Sequence record: PQ589834.1
Reading direction: 5' to 3' (one strand)
From: Citrobacter phage Ursula
Length of the DNA stretch: 32,000 bases
The position numbers were made by a program, and so were the translations under genes. Below, one piece after another: positions 14,171-23,301 of this stretch (positions within the stretch are counted from its first letter, which is position 1; each line of letters opens with the position of its first letter). The notes under the pieces are model-generated. The model had not been told where the DNA came from, searched no databases, and saw only the letters and a list, made by a program, of their open reading frames with translations.

Positions 14171-15192
14171 ACACCCACTTTGCTATACTTTTGAAGTCTA
14201 AGTTGTGCCATTAAACCAGATGCTATATTATTTTCGATATAGCTCTGGATGTCTTCAATACGAGCCCCTTCCTTTTGAATCATATCGTTGATATCTTTCT
14301 TTTCCCACGGTGATTTATCCCAAAAGACTACCCTTTCACCTGCATCAATTAAACGCTTCATTCGCTTAATTGTGTCATCTTTTCGGGGCTCGTGGTCCAT
14401 TATCCAAACTCGGTCTTCTTTGAATGGAACTAAACTCAAGTCCATTGCACCACCAGTAATTGCGATGGCGTTATCCAAGAACAATGAGTCTATTGGGCCT
14501 TCAAGTACATAAACATTTTTACCTGACTTTGCAGTGTCTGTCCCATAGATTTTGGTCGCGTTCTCATGTGCTTTAATTGTGATATACTTTTGAGGAGCAT
14601 CTTTTCTTAAAGCACGGCCTTGAAATGATTCAATTATTCCTTCTGAATTGAATATTGGAATAACTAATCGAGGCTCATCTCGCTCAGTCTTATAAGTGTC
14701 TGGATTTACTGAGTTCACCAATACTGGCCATTTCAATGTAAAATAAAGCCTATTCCATTTATCCTTTGGAATTTTACGACCAGCAATATATCTCACTATT
14801 GGGTGATTAGGGTCCATTTTGTCTAGGCGTTCACAGTGAATAAGCTTAATTCCTTTAGTCTCTTCCATAACTGGTTTAGGTTTTTCAACTGGCTTTTCGC
14901 GTTGAACCATTTTATCTTTTCGTAACTCGAGAATGAATTCACGATAAAGATCCGGCTCGTATTCTTTCAAATAAATCCCAATTGGCTTAACGTAGTCACA
15001 GTTATAGCACTTCAATAGCACATCATCAGGTAGACCATACGCCCAGAATCGTGCTTTGTTTTCATCCTTCTGTGAGTCTCCACAAACCGGACAACGGCAT
15101 CGAAGTTTAAATTGTGCTGCATTATTTACTTGAGTGAATTTTGGAAGATGAGATAGTGCGCGAAACGCGAACTCATTGTGAACCCATGACAT
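14167..15192 (-). CDS. 61: gp61 DNA primase
   Basis: CPVCGDSQKDENKAR..CYNCDY zinc motif; VRYIAGRKIPKDKW, EPRLVIPIFN.EG..ESFQGRALRKDAPQKYITI, VYVLEGPIDSLF, as in T4 gp61. Confidence 0.95.
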   Translation of the reverse strand: MSWVHNEFAFRALSHLPKFTQVNNAAQFKLRCRCPVCGDSQKDENKARFWAYGLPDDVLLKCYNCDYVKPIGIYLKEYEPDLYREFILELRKDKMVQREKPVEKPKPVMEETKGIKLIHCERLDKMDPNHPIVRYIAGRKIPKDKWNRLYFTLKWPVLVNSVNPDTYKTERDEPRLVIPIFNSEGIIESFQGRALRKDAPQKYITIKAHENATKIYGTDTAKSGKNVYVLEGPIDSLFLDNAIAITGGAMDLSLVPFKEDRVWIMDHEPRKDDTIKRMKRLIDAGERVVFWDKSPWEKKDINDMIQKEGARIEDIQSYIENNIASGLMAQLRLQKYSKVGV

Positions 15193-15203
15193 ATTATTCT
15201 CCT

Positions 15204-15223
15204 TGGCCTTATTTCTAAGGCCA
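15204..15223 (-). promoter_or_regulatory. GNRA-capped stem-loop abutting the primase ribosome-binding site
   Basis: Minus strand TGGCCTTA-GAAA-TAAGGCCA immediately followed by AGGAGAATAATATG. Confidence 0.5.
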
Positions 15224-15228
15224 TTTTA

Positions 15229-15699
15229 TCACAACTTATTAGGATTGATTTTAATGCGCTTACGTTTTGCGGGGATTTGCTCAGGACCTTTATTTGTGAC
15301 TGCTCCGGTTGTGGTACCAGAGGCGATATTCTGGACACTTCCACCGGAATCACCAGCTACCATGTCCTCGAACAAGGGAAGAGCCTCAAATATCTCTTTT
15401 TGTTCGGATTCGGTTATATTGTAACGAGATGCTACTGTGCTCCAAGCTGACATCATTGATGCGACGCCATTTAATCCTGGAACTGTAGACATCATTCGCT
15501 TAATTGAACGTACACTCGCATGGAAAGCAGAGTAAGCCACTTTCTCTTCCGGAGTGCTAGGTCGTTTTAACACGGTACCTTTTTCGTCAATTATTTTTGC
15601 TTCATACGCTTTCCACTCAGTGAAAGGCTTAGACATCAGGCGAATAAATTTGTATGCATAAACTGCATCCATCGCCCCTTTAATAGTGCTCATAAACAC
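15229..15699 (-). CDS. Conserved hypothetical protein (156 aa)
   Basis: Intact ORF with charged C-terminus KRKRIKINPNKL; function not recognised. Confidence 0.7.
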   Translation of the reverse strand: MFMSTIKGAMDAVYAYKFIRLMSKPFTEWKAYEAKIIDEKGTVLKRPSTPEEKVAYSAFHASVRSIKRMMSTVPGLNGVASMMSAWSTVASRYNITESEQKEIFEALPLFEDMVAGDSGGSVQNIASGTTTGAVTNKGPEQIPAKRKRIKINPNKL

Positions 15700-15707
15700 C
15701 TCCTGGT

Positions 15708-15902
15708 CTATTTAACACCAGCATAGATGCAAGTATATCTTGCTGAGGTGGAGAATTGCTCAATATCACTATGGAAATTATCACCACCTTTTACACACAT
15801 TTCACTGGCAACTTTATAATCAGCATCTTTAATTTCAATACGTTCAATGGCGGTACCGCCATTACCAGATACTAACGCTAAGACAAGAATAAAAATATGC
15901 AT
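15708..15902 (-). CDS. Small protein with hydrophobic N-terminus and two distal Cys
   Basis: MHIFILVLALVSG...; TAATG-type overlap with its neighbour. Confidence 0.5.
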   Translation of the reverse strand: MHIFILVLALVSGNGGTAIERIEIKDADYKVASEMCVKGGDNFHSDIEQFSTSARYTCIYAGVK

Positions 15903-16072
15903 TATTGGGTATTCTCACACATGTAATATACTTCACGGAAAGTAGCTTTATGCATTTGAACATATTTTTGCCCAATTTCATTACACTTAGCTTCAGTCAG
16001 GTTTTCAACTATTCCACTCGTAATAGTACCCGTCGAGGTAATCAATGTAAAAATCAAAACAAAAGTATTCAT
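15902..16072 (-). CDS. Small protein with hydrophobic N-terminus
   Basis: Start likely MNTFVLIFTLITSTGTITSG (16072), overlapping the stop of the upstream ORF. Confidence 0.55.
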   Translation of the reverse strand: MNTFVLIFTLITSTGTITSGIVENLTEAKCNEIGQKYVQMHKATFREVYYMCENTQ

Positions 16073-16365
16073 TATAAACCCACAACATCGCAATGGATGC
16101 CTTCCCAAGAATCATTGAATTCGCGCTCAGCTATGCTTTTAGCCGCATTAACACGATGAATGCGTTTGAACTTACGGAGCTGGCGTTTAGTTGGTTTAGT
16201 ACCAGTCTGGAAAATTGTTACTTCACCAAATGGCAAATTCAATTTAGAACCAGTATCTAGAAACGTTTCCCACAGTGCCGGAACACGGTGTTCAACTTTC
16301 ATACCTCGTACAATTTCTGATGCTGGTTGATACATTACCATGATTTTCATTACAGTCCCACCCAA
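16072..16365 (-). CDS. Hypothetical protein
   Basis: ORF within the coupled cluster. Confidence 0.55.
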   Translation of the reverse strand: MGGTVMKIMVMYQPASEIVRGMKVEHRVPALWETFLDTGSKLNLPFGEVTIFQTGTKPTKRQLRKFKRIHRVNAAKSIAEREFNDSWEGIHCDVVGL

Positions 16366-16631
16366 GTCAAAACATCTTTAGCCGGCACCTTTTCGCAATA
16401 AAGGTTTGTTCCAGCCACCACTAAGTCATTGTCATCAAGGTCTTCTACCAGCATAGCTTGATTTTTATCTGCAGCAACAAGAAGGTCTTTAATGACACGA
16501 GGTTTTTGATCTTTCCAATCTCCTTCAATGAATTTAATGCATGGAATTGAAGTATAGTCGGCTTCAGCCATAGCAGGAGTTCCCACACAAGCTGATAATG
16601 ATAAAACTGCCGCTAAAATAATCTTTTTCAT
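16350..16631 (-). CDS. Small exported protein
   Basis: MKKIILAAVLSLSACVGTPAMAEA: signal peptide; ribosome-binding site AAGAGGATAAC; promoter at 16660-16689. Confidence 0.65.
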   Translation of the reverse strand: MKKIILAAVLSLSACVGTPAMAEADYTSIPCIKFIEGDWKDQKPRVIKDLLVAADKNQAMLVEDLDDNDLVVAGTNLYCEKVPAKDVLTWVGL

Positions 16632-16659
16632 TGTGTTATCCTCTTGTTAGTGTAAGATC

Positions 16660-16689
16660 ATAGTAACACACTTCCCTGTGCATGTAAAC
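16660..16689 (-). promoter_or_regulatory. Early-type promoter, GTTTAC-N18-TACTAT
   Basis: -35 at 16684-16689, -10 at 16660-16665. Confidence 0.7.
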
Positions 16690-16691
16690 GG

Positions 16692-16922
16692 TTAGAATTT
16701 TGCTTCTTTGAGGTTATTCATAACAGCATCGAAAGTCAATGCCAGTGGCAGATAGTCAGCTCTGTGAGTCTTTACACCATTTTCAATGACATAACAAGTT
16801 CCATAATCACAATCTGGACGACTTTGGTTCCAAACCTGCACAGCTCGGTGCAGGGATTCGCTAGCTGTTATGAATTCATTTTGGCCGTATTGATGATTTG
16901 TTGCAAATAATATAAAAATCAA
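16692..16922 (-). CDS. Hypothetical protein (76 aa)
   Basis: ATGA coupling with the end of gene 41. Confidence 0.55.
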   Translation of the reverse strand: MIFILFATNHQYGQNEFITASESLHRAVQVWNQSRPDCDYGTCYVIENGVKTHRADYLPLALTFDAVMNNLKEAKF

Positions 16923-18352
16923 AATTTCATCTCTTCTGCTAGTGCATCAAGTTTTGAACGAGAGGCTTCAACTCTAGTCATTCGGTTGTTCTCAGCTACT
17001 CGTTGTTGACCACCTGATGTTTCATTTACTGGAGTTGGTTTGTCACCGCCTTCTTGAGCAATTTCAACCCAACGCTGATTTCCTTTTTTGACACCAACTG
17101 CAAACTTATTCCAGATATTCTTATCACCATAACGAGACTTGATTTGCTTGATAAGCTGTTGACCCATTTGAGCAAGTTCTTCTGTCTCAATAACCGCGAG
17201 CATAAAGTCAGCTGTTGCTGGTAGACCCGCTGATTCTGCGATATCTGCCATGCTCATATCCGAAGCATCCCAAGCACCACGACCAACCTGAGCAGCAGAC
17301 CAAACTACTGTTTCAGTTTCAACAGCCAGCGCACGAAGTTCTTCTGCGATAGCTTTAACTAGAGTGTAACTATTTTCAGTATAAACTCTGATACGACATG
17401 ATGCACAAATACCAAGATAGTCAATCATAATGACATCTGGAACAAAGTTCTTCTTCAGTTTAAGTTCATTCAGAAGAGCTCTAAATGTATTTGCGTGTGC
17501 ACCACCAGTCGGATACTGTTTGATGATTAAACGGCCAAGAGTATTCTTTTGGCGCCATTTTTCCATCTTACCTTTATATTCAGCATAAGATACATTACCA
17601 TCATCAATGTCGTCTAAAGATACATCAAGCAAGTTAGCATCTATACGCTTAGCACAGACTTCTTCTGCCATTTCCATTGAGATATAAAGAACGTTCTTAC
17701 CGGTCTGAAGATAATCGGCGGCTAATGAACACAGTCCTAATGACTTACCGACGTTAACACCAGCCATCAGAATATTCAGAGTACCAGTTTCAGCGCCGCC
17801 TTTAGTGATTCTATTCAAAATATTCATTAAGAATGGAACTTTACGAGCTTTACTTTGATACGCTAACCAACGAGCTTCATAGTCTTCCATCCAATCATGA
17901 CCAACATAAGAGTCAAAACTGATAGACAGAGCTTGACGCATAATGTCTGGAATTGCACCAATATCAGGTAGCTTCTTATTTCTCTTTTCTGGAGGCAATT
18001 CAGCGTTAGTTTGAATTTCAATAATTTTTGACGTGGCATTATACATCGCATGAGACTGCACATATTTTTCAGTCTCTTTTACCAACCAAGATTGATCTTC
18101 AGGAGTATCAGCTAATTTATCAATCAGCTTTTTAGCACCTTCAGCTTCTGTTTCACCTAAAGATGAATTATCTAAAGCAATATTCAGAGCATTGATTGTT
18201 GGAACGGATTGGTACTCATTTATGTGTTTTTGTAGTAAATTGAATACGTTTTTAGCTGGACCATGCTCGAAGTACTCGGAGTCCATATAAGGCCACACCT
18301 TTGCGAAGTAGCCTTGGTTAAAAATCAAATGCGATAATATTGTTTCTACCAC
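16919..18352 (-). CDS. 41: gp41 replicative DNA helicase
   Basis: Matches T4 gp41 (SFDSYVGHDWM.DYEARWL, LMAGVNVGKSLGLCSLAADYL). GTG start gives MVETILSHLIF with GAGG upstream, paralleling T4; the track start at 18364 is the alternative. Confidence 0.96.
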   Translation of the reverse strand: MVETILSHLIFNQGYFAKVWPYMDSEYFEHGPAKNVFNLLQKHINEYQSVPTINALNIALDNSSLGETEAEGAKKLIDKLADTPEDQSWLVKETEKYVQSHAMYNATSKIIEIQTNAELPPEKRNKKLPDIGAIPDIMRQALSISFDSYVGHDWMEDYEARWLAYQSKARKVPFLMNILNRITKGGAETGTLNILMAGVNVGKSLGLCSLAADYLQTGKNVLYISMEMAEEVCAKRIDANLLDVSLDDIDDGNVSYAEYKGKMEKWRQKNTLGRLIIKQYPTGGAHANTFRALLNELKLKKNFVPDVIMIDYLGICASCRIRVYTENSYTLVKAIAEELRALAVETETVVWSAAQVGRGAWDASDMSMADIAESAGLPATADFMLAVIETEELAQMGQQLIKQIKSRYGDKNIWNKFAVGVKKGNQRWVEIAQEGGDKPTPVNETSGGQQRVAENNRMTRVEASRSKLDALAEEMKF

Positions 18353-18363
18353 TTGAAGCCTCA

Positions 18364-18714
18364 TTAAAATAATTTGAAACGGTTTTTCTTCTTCTCTTTA
18401 AGAGAATTTTCTATCTGCATTTTAATACATTTTTCAACGTGTGGTGTTAATTCGGCTTTACGATCTTCTGATAACGTAGAGAACTCTAGTGACACTCCAC
18501 CGCCTTCAACAGCAGTTAATGAGGTAACATATACGATATGGTTTGAACCGTCCTCTAGTGTTATCAGGATTTCCTGGATGACATTCTCCATAGCCTTCTT
18601 AACAATCTCAGCGGAACGCTGGTATATCCTTTCCATCCTTTCAAATTCCCCCTCCTGAGAGGGGGTATCTTCTACGATTTCAAGGTCAAGATCACTTAAA
18701 TCGTAATCACTCAT
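18364..18714 (-). CDS. Protein in the T4 gene 40 position (candidate gp40)
   Basis: MSDYDLSDLDLEIVEDTP...; lies between uvsX and 41, size near 116 aa. Confidence 0.6.
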   Translation of the reverse strand: MSDYDLSDLDLEIVEDTPSQEGEFERMERIYQRSAEIVKKAMENVIQEILITLEDGSNHIVYVTSLTAVEGGGVSLEFSTLSEDRKAELTPHVEKCIKMQIENSLKEKKKNRFKLF

Positions 18715-19876
18715 TATCTTCCTCGAAATTATCCAAATCATCTTCCAACTGAGCAGCTGAAGGAGCAGAGGAACCTTCAGGAGCTTTAAAAACTTCAGTC
18801 TTCGAATTGATCAATTCATCAACTTCAGCATCAACAACTGCATTACTGTCAATTGCGCCTAGCTGATAACGATTACGAATTGCATCACGGAACGGTTGAT
18901 GTTTGAACATTGGACCCCAAAAATCTACACAAGACGTAGCAGCGGCTCGCCACGATTTCTCTTCACGAACCATTTCACCAGTTTCAACGTCTAGATATTC
19001 ACGGGCATACCAGCCATTCTTTGGCTTAACTACAAATCCAAGTTCCAGCGCCATTTCCAACAGACCGGAATACGGATCAATACCGCCATCAAATTTAACA
19101 TCAATGAAGAACTTACTCTTCTCTTTAACAGTACGAGATTTCTCGGCGTTCAAAACGAACTGATAACCTTGAAGTTCTGTACCATCTTTGATTTGACGCT
19201 TACCAATGATGAATACTGTATCAGCAGAGTACATCGGACCAGTACCGCCAGTCATCACAGTCTTACTAAACATTTCAATTGTCTCGATTGTGTGGTTAAC
19301 CGCGACACATGGAATATTTTTGATACTGAAATATGGAGTAACGATACGGAACAGAGATTTCAACGCTTTAGCACGAGTCATATCCGCGACAGATTTTTCG
19401 TTCAGAGCATCTTCGGTCTCTTTCTTGGAAGCCAAGTTCCCGATAGAGTCAATAAAGACAATAACTTTCTCACCACGTTCAATAGCTTCAAGCTGATTCA
19501 CCATATCAATTTTGAGTTGTTCAACAGACTGAACTGGTGTGTGAATAACACGGTCCGGGTCAACACCCATAGATTTCAGGTAAGCCGGAGTGATACCGAA
19601 TTCAGAATCATAGAACAAACAAATTGCATCTGGATGCTTTGTCATATAAGCGCTGACCATTGTCAGAGACATATTTGATTTGAAGTGTTTTGAAGGACCA
19701 GCGAAGATTGTCAAACCAGACTGCATACCACCATCTAATGCCCCACTGATTGCAATATTCAGCATCGGGATTTTGGTGCGGATCACATCTTTCTCGTTAA
19801 AGAATTTAGACTTGGTCAGTTCCGCGGTCATTTTAGAAGTGGATGCTTTAATCAGACGAGATTTTAAATCAGACAT
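18707..19876 (-). CDS. uvsX: UvsX RecA-like recombinase
   Basis: GLTIFAGPSKHFKSN, VIFIDSIGNL, DDLDNFEEDNE acidic tail; matches T4 UvsX. Confidence 0.96.
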   Translation of the reverse strand: MSDLKSRLIKASTSKMTAELTKSKFFNEKDVIRTKIPMLNIAISGALDGGMQSGLTIFAGPSKHFKSNMSLTMVSAYMTKHPDAICLFYDSEFGITPAYLKSMGVDPDRVIHTPVQSVEQLKIDMVNQLEAIERGEKVIVFIDSIGNLASKKETEDALNEKSVADMTRAKALKSLFRIVTPYFSIKNIPCVAVNHTIETIEMFSKTVMTGGTGPMYSADTVFIIGKRQIKDGTELQGYQFVLNAEKSRTVKEKSKFFIDVKFDGGIDPYSGLLEMALELGFVVKPKNGWYAREYLDVETGEMVREEKSWRAAATSCVDFWGPMFKHQPFRDAIRNRYQLGAIDSNAVVDAEVDELINSKTEVFKAPEGSSAPSAAQLEDDLDNFEEDNE

Positions 19877-19932
19877 TCAATATTTTCCATTGATCTCCAT
19901 TATATTTTTCTCACTGGTTTAAAGGATGATTA

Positions 19933-19959
19933 ATTATATAACCGAGGGTTTAAAGCTAA
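19933..19959 (-). promoter_or_regulatory. MotA-type middle promoter of uvsX
   Basis: TTAGCTTTA (19951-19959), N12, TATAAT (19933-19938). Confidence 0.75.
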
Positions 19960-19975
19960 CTCATTTTAAACCCTC
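19944..19975 (-). promoter_or_regulatory. 11-bp inverted repeat overlapping the uvsX middle promoter
   Basis: GAGGGTTTAAA (19944-19954), 10-nt loop, TTTAAACCCTC (19965-19975). Confidence 0.6.
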
Positions 19976-19981
19976 TTTGTA

Positions 19982-21055
19982 TTACAAATCGATAGCTTTC
20001 TTAAATTCAGCTTGCCATTGCGGCTTTTCATCCAGATATTTCTGAAGAATTGAGTGCTGATATGCTAGCATTTGAACTCGGAAGTCTTCATCTTCTTTGA
20101 GACGATTAATTTTAGAAACTAACTCTTCGCGGTTTTTAACGTAAAAGAATTCATGACGCATGATATTCATGTCAGGATCGAATGTATGATCAAAAAATGC
20201 AATTGCAGTTGATGCTAATGCTTCCCATACACGAGGAGTGATCTGGTTATTATCGTAAGTCTTATCACCTAACACAATAGTTGCATAAGCAGTAGAGTTA
20301 CGTTGAACCATTTCACGAGAATCTACTTTCCCTGGAAATACTGGAGGAGTAGTCCACGGGAATTCAGGATTCTTAAATTGATCAGCCTTAACAGAACCAA
20401 AGAATTCTACATCAAGACCAGTGTCAAACAAATATTCAACCATCTTAGCTTCACGGTTTCCTGATCGGAAAGTTCCGCCGTAAATCAGGTCACGCATTTT
20501 AATTCCATCAGGCGCGATCTTGAATACACTGTGATACATCTTATGGCGGTCTAAAGCGAAGTGAGTGAACTCTAACTTACCGAATTGACAACCTACAAGA
20601 CGTTCAGAGTGAATACGTTTAGCTTGTTCTAAGTCACGTCCCTGAGAAACGATACGCATCGGAGAAGTTACAATGAACTGTTCTTCTTTATATTTGCTGG
20701 ACCATTTCTTTTTAGACATTCTTCGCCATGCTTGTTCAAACGGCAAACGAATATCAGTGAACAGATAATAAATTTTTGACTTATATTTGTTCATGAACAT
20801 ATAAGCCGCTTTGTTCATTGCGTTTTCTTCACCGCCATAAAAGTTCAAAGCAGCGTTGACAACCAACAGACGATCATATACATTCGGATCTTCTACAGAA
20901 TCAAAAGAAATTCCATACTGAGTGTTCTTCATTGAAATTAGGTCTACATCTAGACCCATATCTTTTAAGCACTCAGACAGATAAATTGTTTCAGACGCAG
21001 GGGTTGTTTTAAACCCCTGAATGTTGTTGCCCATGTTAATGATAGCAATTTTCAT
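19982..21055 (-). CDS. bgt: DNA beta-glucosyltransferase
   Basis: MKIAIINMGNN...FKT.P.SETIYL, YKSKIYYLFTDIRLPF, LIYGGTFRSG.RE.KMVE.LFDTGL..EFFG, FKKAIDL as in T4 beta-gt. Confidence 0.95.
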   Translation of the reverse strand: MKIAIINMGNNIQGFKTTPASETIYLSECLKDMGLDVDLISMKNTQYGISFDSVEDPNVYDRLLVVNAALNFYGGEENAMNKAAYMFMNKYKSKIYYLFTDIRLPFEQAWRRMSKKKWSSKYKEEQFIVTSPMRIVSQGRDLEQAKRIHSERLVGCQFGKLEFTHFALDRHKMYHSVFKIAPDGIKMRDLIYGGTFRSGNREAKMVEYLFDTGLDVEFFGSVKADQFKNPEFPWTTPPVFPGKVDSREMVQRNSTAYATIVLGDKTYDNNQITPRVWEALASTAIAFFDHTFDPDMNIMRHEFFYVKNREELVSKINRLKEDEDFRVQMLAYQHSILQKYLDEKPQWQAEFKKAIDL

Positions 21056-21882
21056 AGATACGGTTCAATCTCACTGAATTTATAGAAAGCGCCAGACTTC
21101 TGCTTTTTAGCAACACACATACGAAGTACTTTCAAAGGTTCATCAGTGCCAAACATTGTTTTAGTCGGGTCACCTTCGGATTTCCATCGCGCCTGTGTTG
21201 GGAAGTCAGCATGAATTTTTTCTAATGCTCTGTTTTGTTTAGCGGCATTGCGCATTGAAGATACACCGCCCGGAGCTTGACCTTTACCAGATTTGACGAG
21301 ATATTTGAAAATCGCCAAATGAGGATAACCCATATTAATGAGTTTAAGGAATGCGTATGTATCTTCGGATAGGTCTACTATACCATATCCGATGTCTTTA
21401 GCAGAAAGTTTGCTTAAATCATAGAACGTGTTAGTGAATCCGTAAGAGTTCTCACGAAAATGACCCCACTTGGAATCAATTTTGAAGATTGGAAGTCGAG
21501 CATGGCCATGATAGAATCCACAATCCATCGCAGCTTCAACATACTGAGTAAGCTTGTTGAACTCGTCCCAAGTCATTCCAACATCATGAAGAATACGACG
21601 ATCGTCTTTTTCTCGGATTTCAGTTGTATGAATAGTTGTATCATCATCCAACATCCAGATACGCATACCAGCATACATTTCAGTAATCAATCGACGGGTA
21701 TCAGCAATTCCTTTTGTATCGTCTGGAATAGTTACTATTTTAGCAGCATGACCATGCCATTTTTCATAAACCTCTTTTTGAGATTCACGAACAATTAAAT
21801 GAGGAATATAACCATCAGGAAACATGCTAAGGGCAGTAACTGCCCCAGCACGATTATAACTTGGAATTACAAATTGGATCAT
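21052..21882 (-). CDS. GT-A-like glycosyltransferase, possibly beta-glucosyl-HMC alpha-glucosyltransferase
   Basis: MIQFVIPSYNRAG...RIWMLDDDTTIH (DxD-like); positioned between genes 42 and bgt. Confidence 0.6.
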   Translation of the reverse strand: MIQFVIPSYNRAGAVTALSMFPDGYIPHLIVRESQKEVYEKWHGHAAKIVTIPDDTKGIADTRRLITEMYAGMRIWMLDDDTTIHTTEIREKDDRRILHDVGMTWDEFNKLTQYVEAAMDCGFYHGHARLPIFKIDSKWGHFRENSYGFTNTFYDLSKLSAKDIGYGIVDLSEDTYAFLKLINMGYPHLAIFKYLVKSGKGQAPGGVSSMRNAAKQNRALEKIHADFPTQARWKSEGDPTKTMFGTDEPLKVLRMCVAKKQKSGAFYKFSEIEPYL

Positions 21883-22619
21883 TTCCATTCACCTGTATAA
21901 TCTTTCTTTTTAACGTCAGTTTTACCAGTCTTTGCATAATGGTCAACCAAATAGAAATGTCGAGAGTACACATGTAGACTTCCAGCGTTCCAGATAATAT
22001 CACCGGCTTCATATTCACGAGAAGAATCGCCCTGATTCAAATCAGACACTAATTTATCAAGAACATGCTTTTGCCATGCATAATCATTACGGAAACCGAA
22101 GACTACATCATTTGAGCGCATATTCACAACAGCATGAACTTTTTTATCACGAATCAAATACTGTACAGTGTTAGTGCACATAAAATCGCTCATACCATCA
22201 CGGTTATAATCAAACTGCATTGATGGACGAGTGTAAATCATAATAGCACGGCGAGTATCTGGATTATTTCCAAGCTCACCAAGACACATACTATATTGTG
22301 AACAGTTATCATCAGACCAAATAGCCCAACCATAGTTGGAGTTAATCTCACCATTCTTAGATGAAACTTGTTCCCAAATGGCTGGAGTACCACCTGGAAT
22401 ATCTTTCACAAATAAGCTTTGTGATTTGTACCACTCAAGTTCACGAGCAACGTATTCTTCATTCACTGCCCCGAAAATTAATTCTTCGTCAGCAATAAAA
22501 GAAGCTCCGACAATTTCAATTGTCTTTACACCGGTCTTATCAATAACAAAATCTTCGCGAATTAAAGCTTCGCACAGTTCCTGACGAATATCTTCTACAG
22601 TTAAAGGTGTAACAATCAT
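21879..22619 (-). CDS. 42: gp42 dCMP hydroxymethylase
   Basis: 246 aa; GEINSNYGWAIWS...CLGELG.NPD.RR.IMIYTRPSMQFDYN.DGMSDFMCTN as in T4 gp42. Confidence 0.97.
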   Translation of the reverse strand: MIVTPLTVEDIRQELCEALIREDFVIDKTGVKTIEIVGASFIADEELIFGAVNEEYVARELEWYKSQSLFVKDIPGGTPAIWEQVSSKNGEINSNYGWAIWSDDNCSQYSMCLGELGNNPDTRRAIMIYTRPSMQFDYNRDGMSDFMCTNTVQYLIRDKKVHAVVNMRSNDVVFGFRNDYAWQKHVLDKLVSDLNQGDSSREYEAGDIIWNAGSLHVYSRHFYLVDHYAKTGKTDVKKKDYTGEWK

Positions 22620-22828
22620 TTTGCCTCTTTAATAATGATAAACTGTTGCTGAACAGGCTTATTTCCAGTCAGAGACCAGATAAATGCCCAAATCCAACCG
22701 ATGAATGTCCAGCCAAACAGAAAGTTAACTACGGTGATAGCCCATTTTGAACCATGTCCGCGAATAAACGCGATAATAGCCGGGATCATATAAACTACCA
22801 GTGAAATAATACCTGCGATGATTTCCAT
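22616..22828 (-). CDS. imm: Superinfection immunity protein Imm family
   Basis: Two hydrophobic helices, FLFGWTFIGWIWAFIWSL; located between 42 and 43 as in T4. Confidence 0.8.
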   Translation of the reverse strand: MEIIAGIISLVVYMIPAIIAFIRGHGSKWAITVVNFLFGWTFIGWIWAFIWSLTGNKPVQQQFIIIKEAK

Positions 22829-22849
22829 TACAATATCCTCAGTTGATTT

Positions 22850-22855
22850 ATTATA
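22850..22855 (-). promoter_or_regulatory. Candidate extended -10 promoter for imm/42
   Basis: TTTGATATAAT (TGnTATAAT) upstream of imm; no convincing -35. Confidence 0.35.
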
Positions 22856-22860
22856 TCAAA

Positions 22861-23301
22861 TTATTTGTTAGCGTTTTGCATACACTTATTGAATGCACGA
22901 ACTTTACCAGAAGAACGATAGTGAATAAGAGCTAAACGGTCTTTATCTGACATGGTGCTCATTGCCTTTTCAGTTAACACAGCTTCATGGGCTTGTACTA
23001 AAAATTCGCACTGATTTTGAGCTTTAATGATTTTATCCTGTTTTTCTTGGAATTCGTTGCCTCGAGCCACTGATTCGCTAATAGCTTTACTCAGCGGACT
23101 GTTGCGACGACGTTCTTCCATTTCATCTCCAGCGGAGAGTGATTCTCTGGAGACTTGAGAAGTTCCGCGAGTATATACCATCCCGGTACCACCTTTATAT
23201 GTGATCTGACCGACTTGGTGTTCACTCACAATATCTCCATGAGGTACAGCACAACCAGTAAGACTTAGAGCGGCGGTGAGCAATGCGATTTTCAATTTCA
23301 T
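22861..23301 (-). CDS. Lipoprotein
   Basis: MKLKIALLTAALSLTGCAVP lipobox; CCGGAGAAAC ribosome-binding site. The track start (23349) lies upstream of the -10 element and is unlikely. Confidence 0.75.
   Translation of the reverse strand: MKLKIALLTAALSLTGCAVPHGDIVSEHQVGQITYKGGTGMVYTRGTSQVSRESLSAGDEMEERRRNSPLSKAISESVARGNEFQEKQDKIIKAQNQCEFLVQAHEAVLTEKAMSTMSDKDRLALIHYRSSGKVRAFNKCMQNANK

Noticed and set aside
13128-15192. A dam methyltransferase between 56 and 61 as in T4
   Set aside because: No ORF with methyltransferase motifs was found here; its absence is noted but may simply reflect location elsewhere in the genome.
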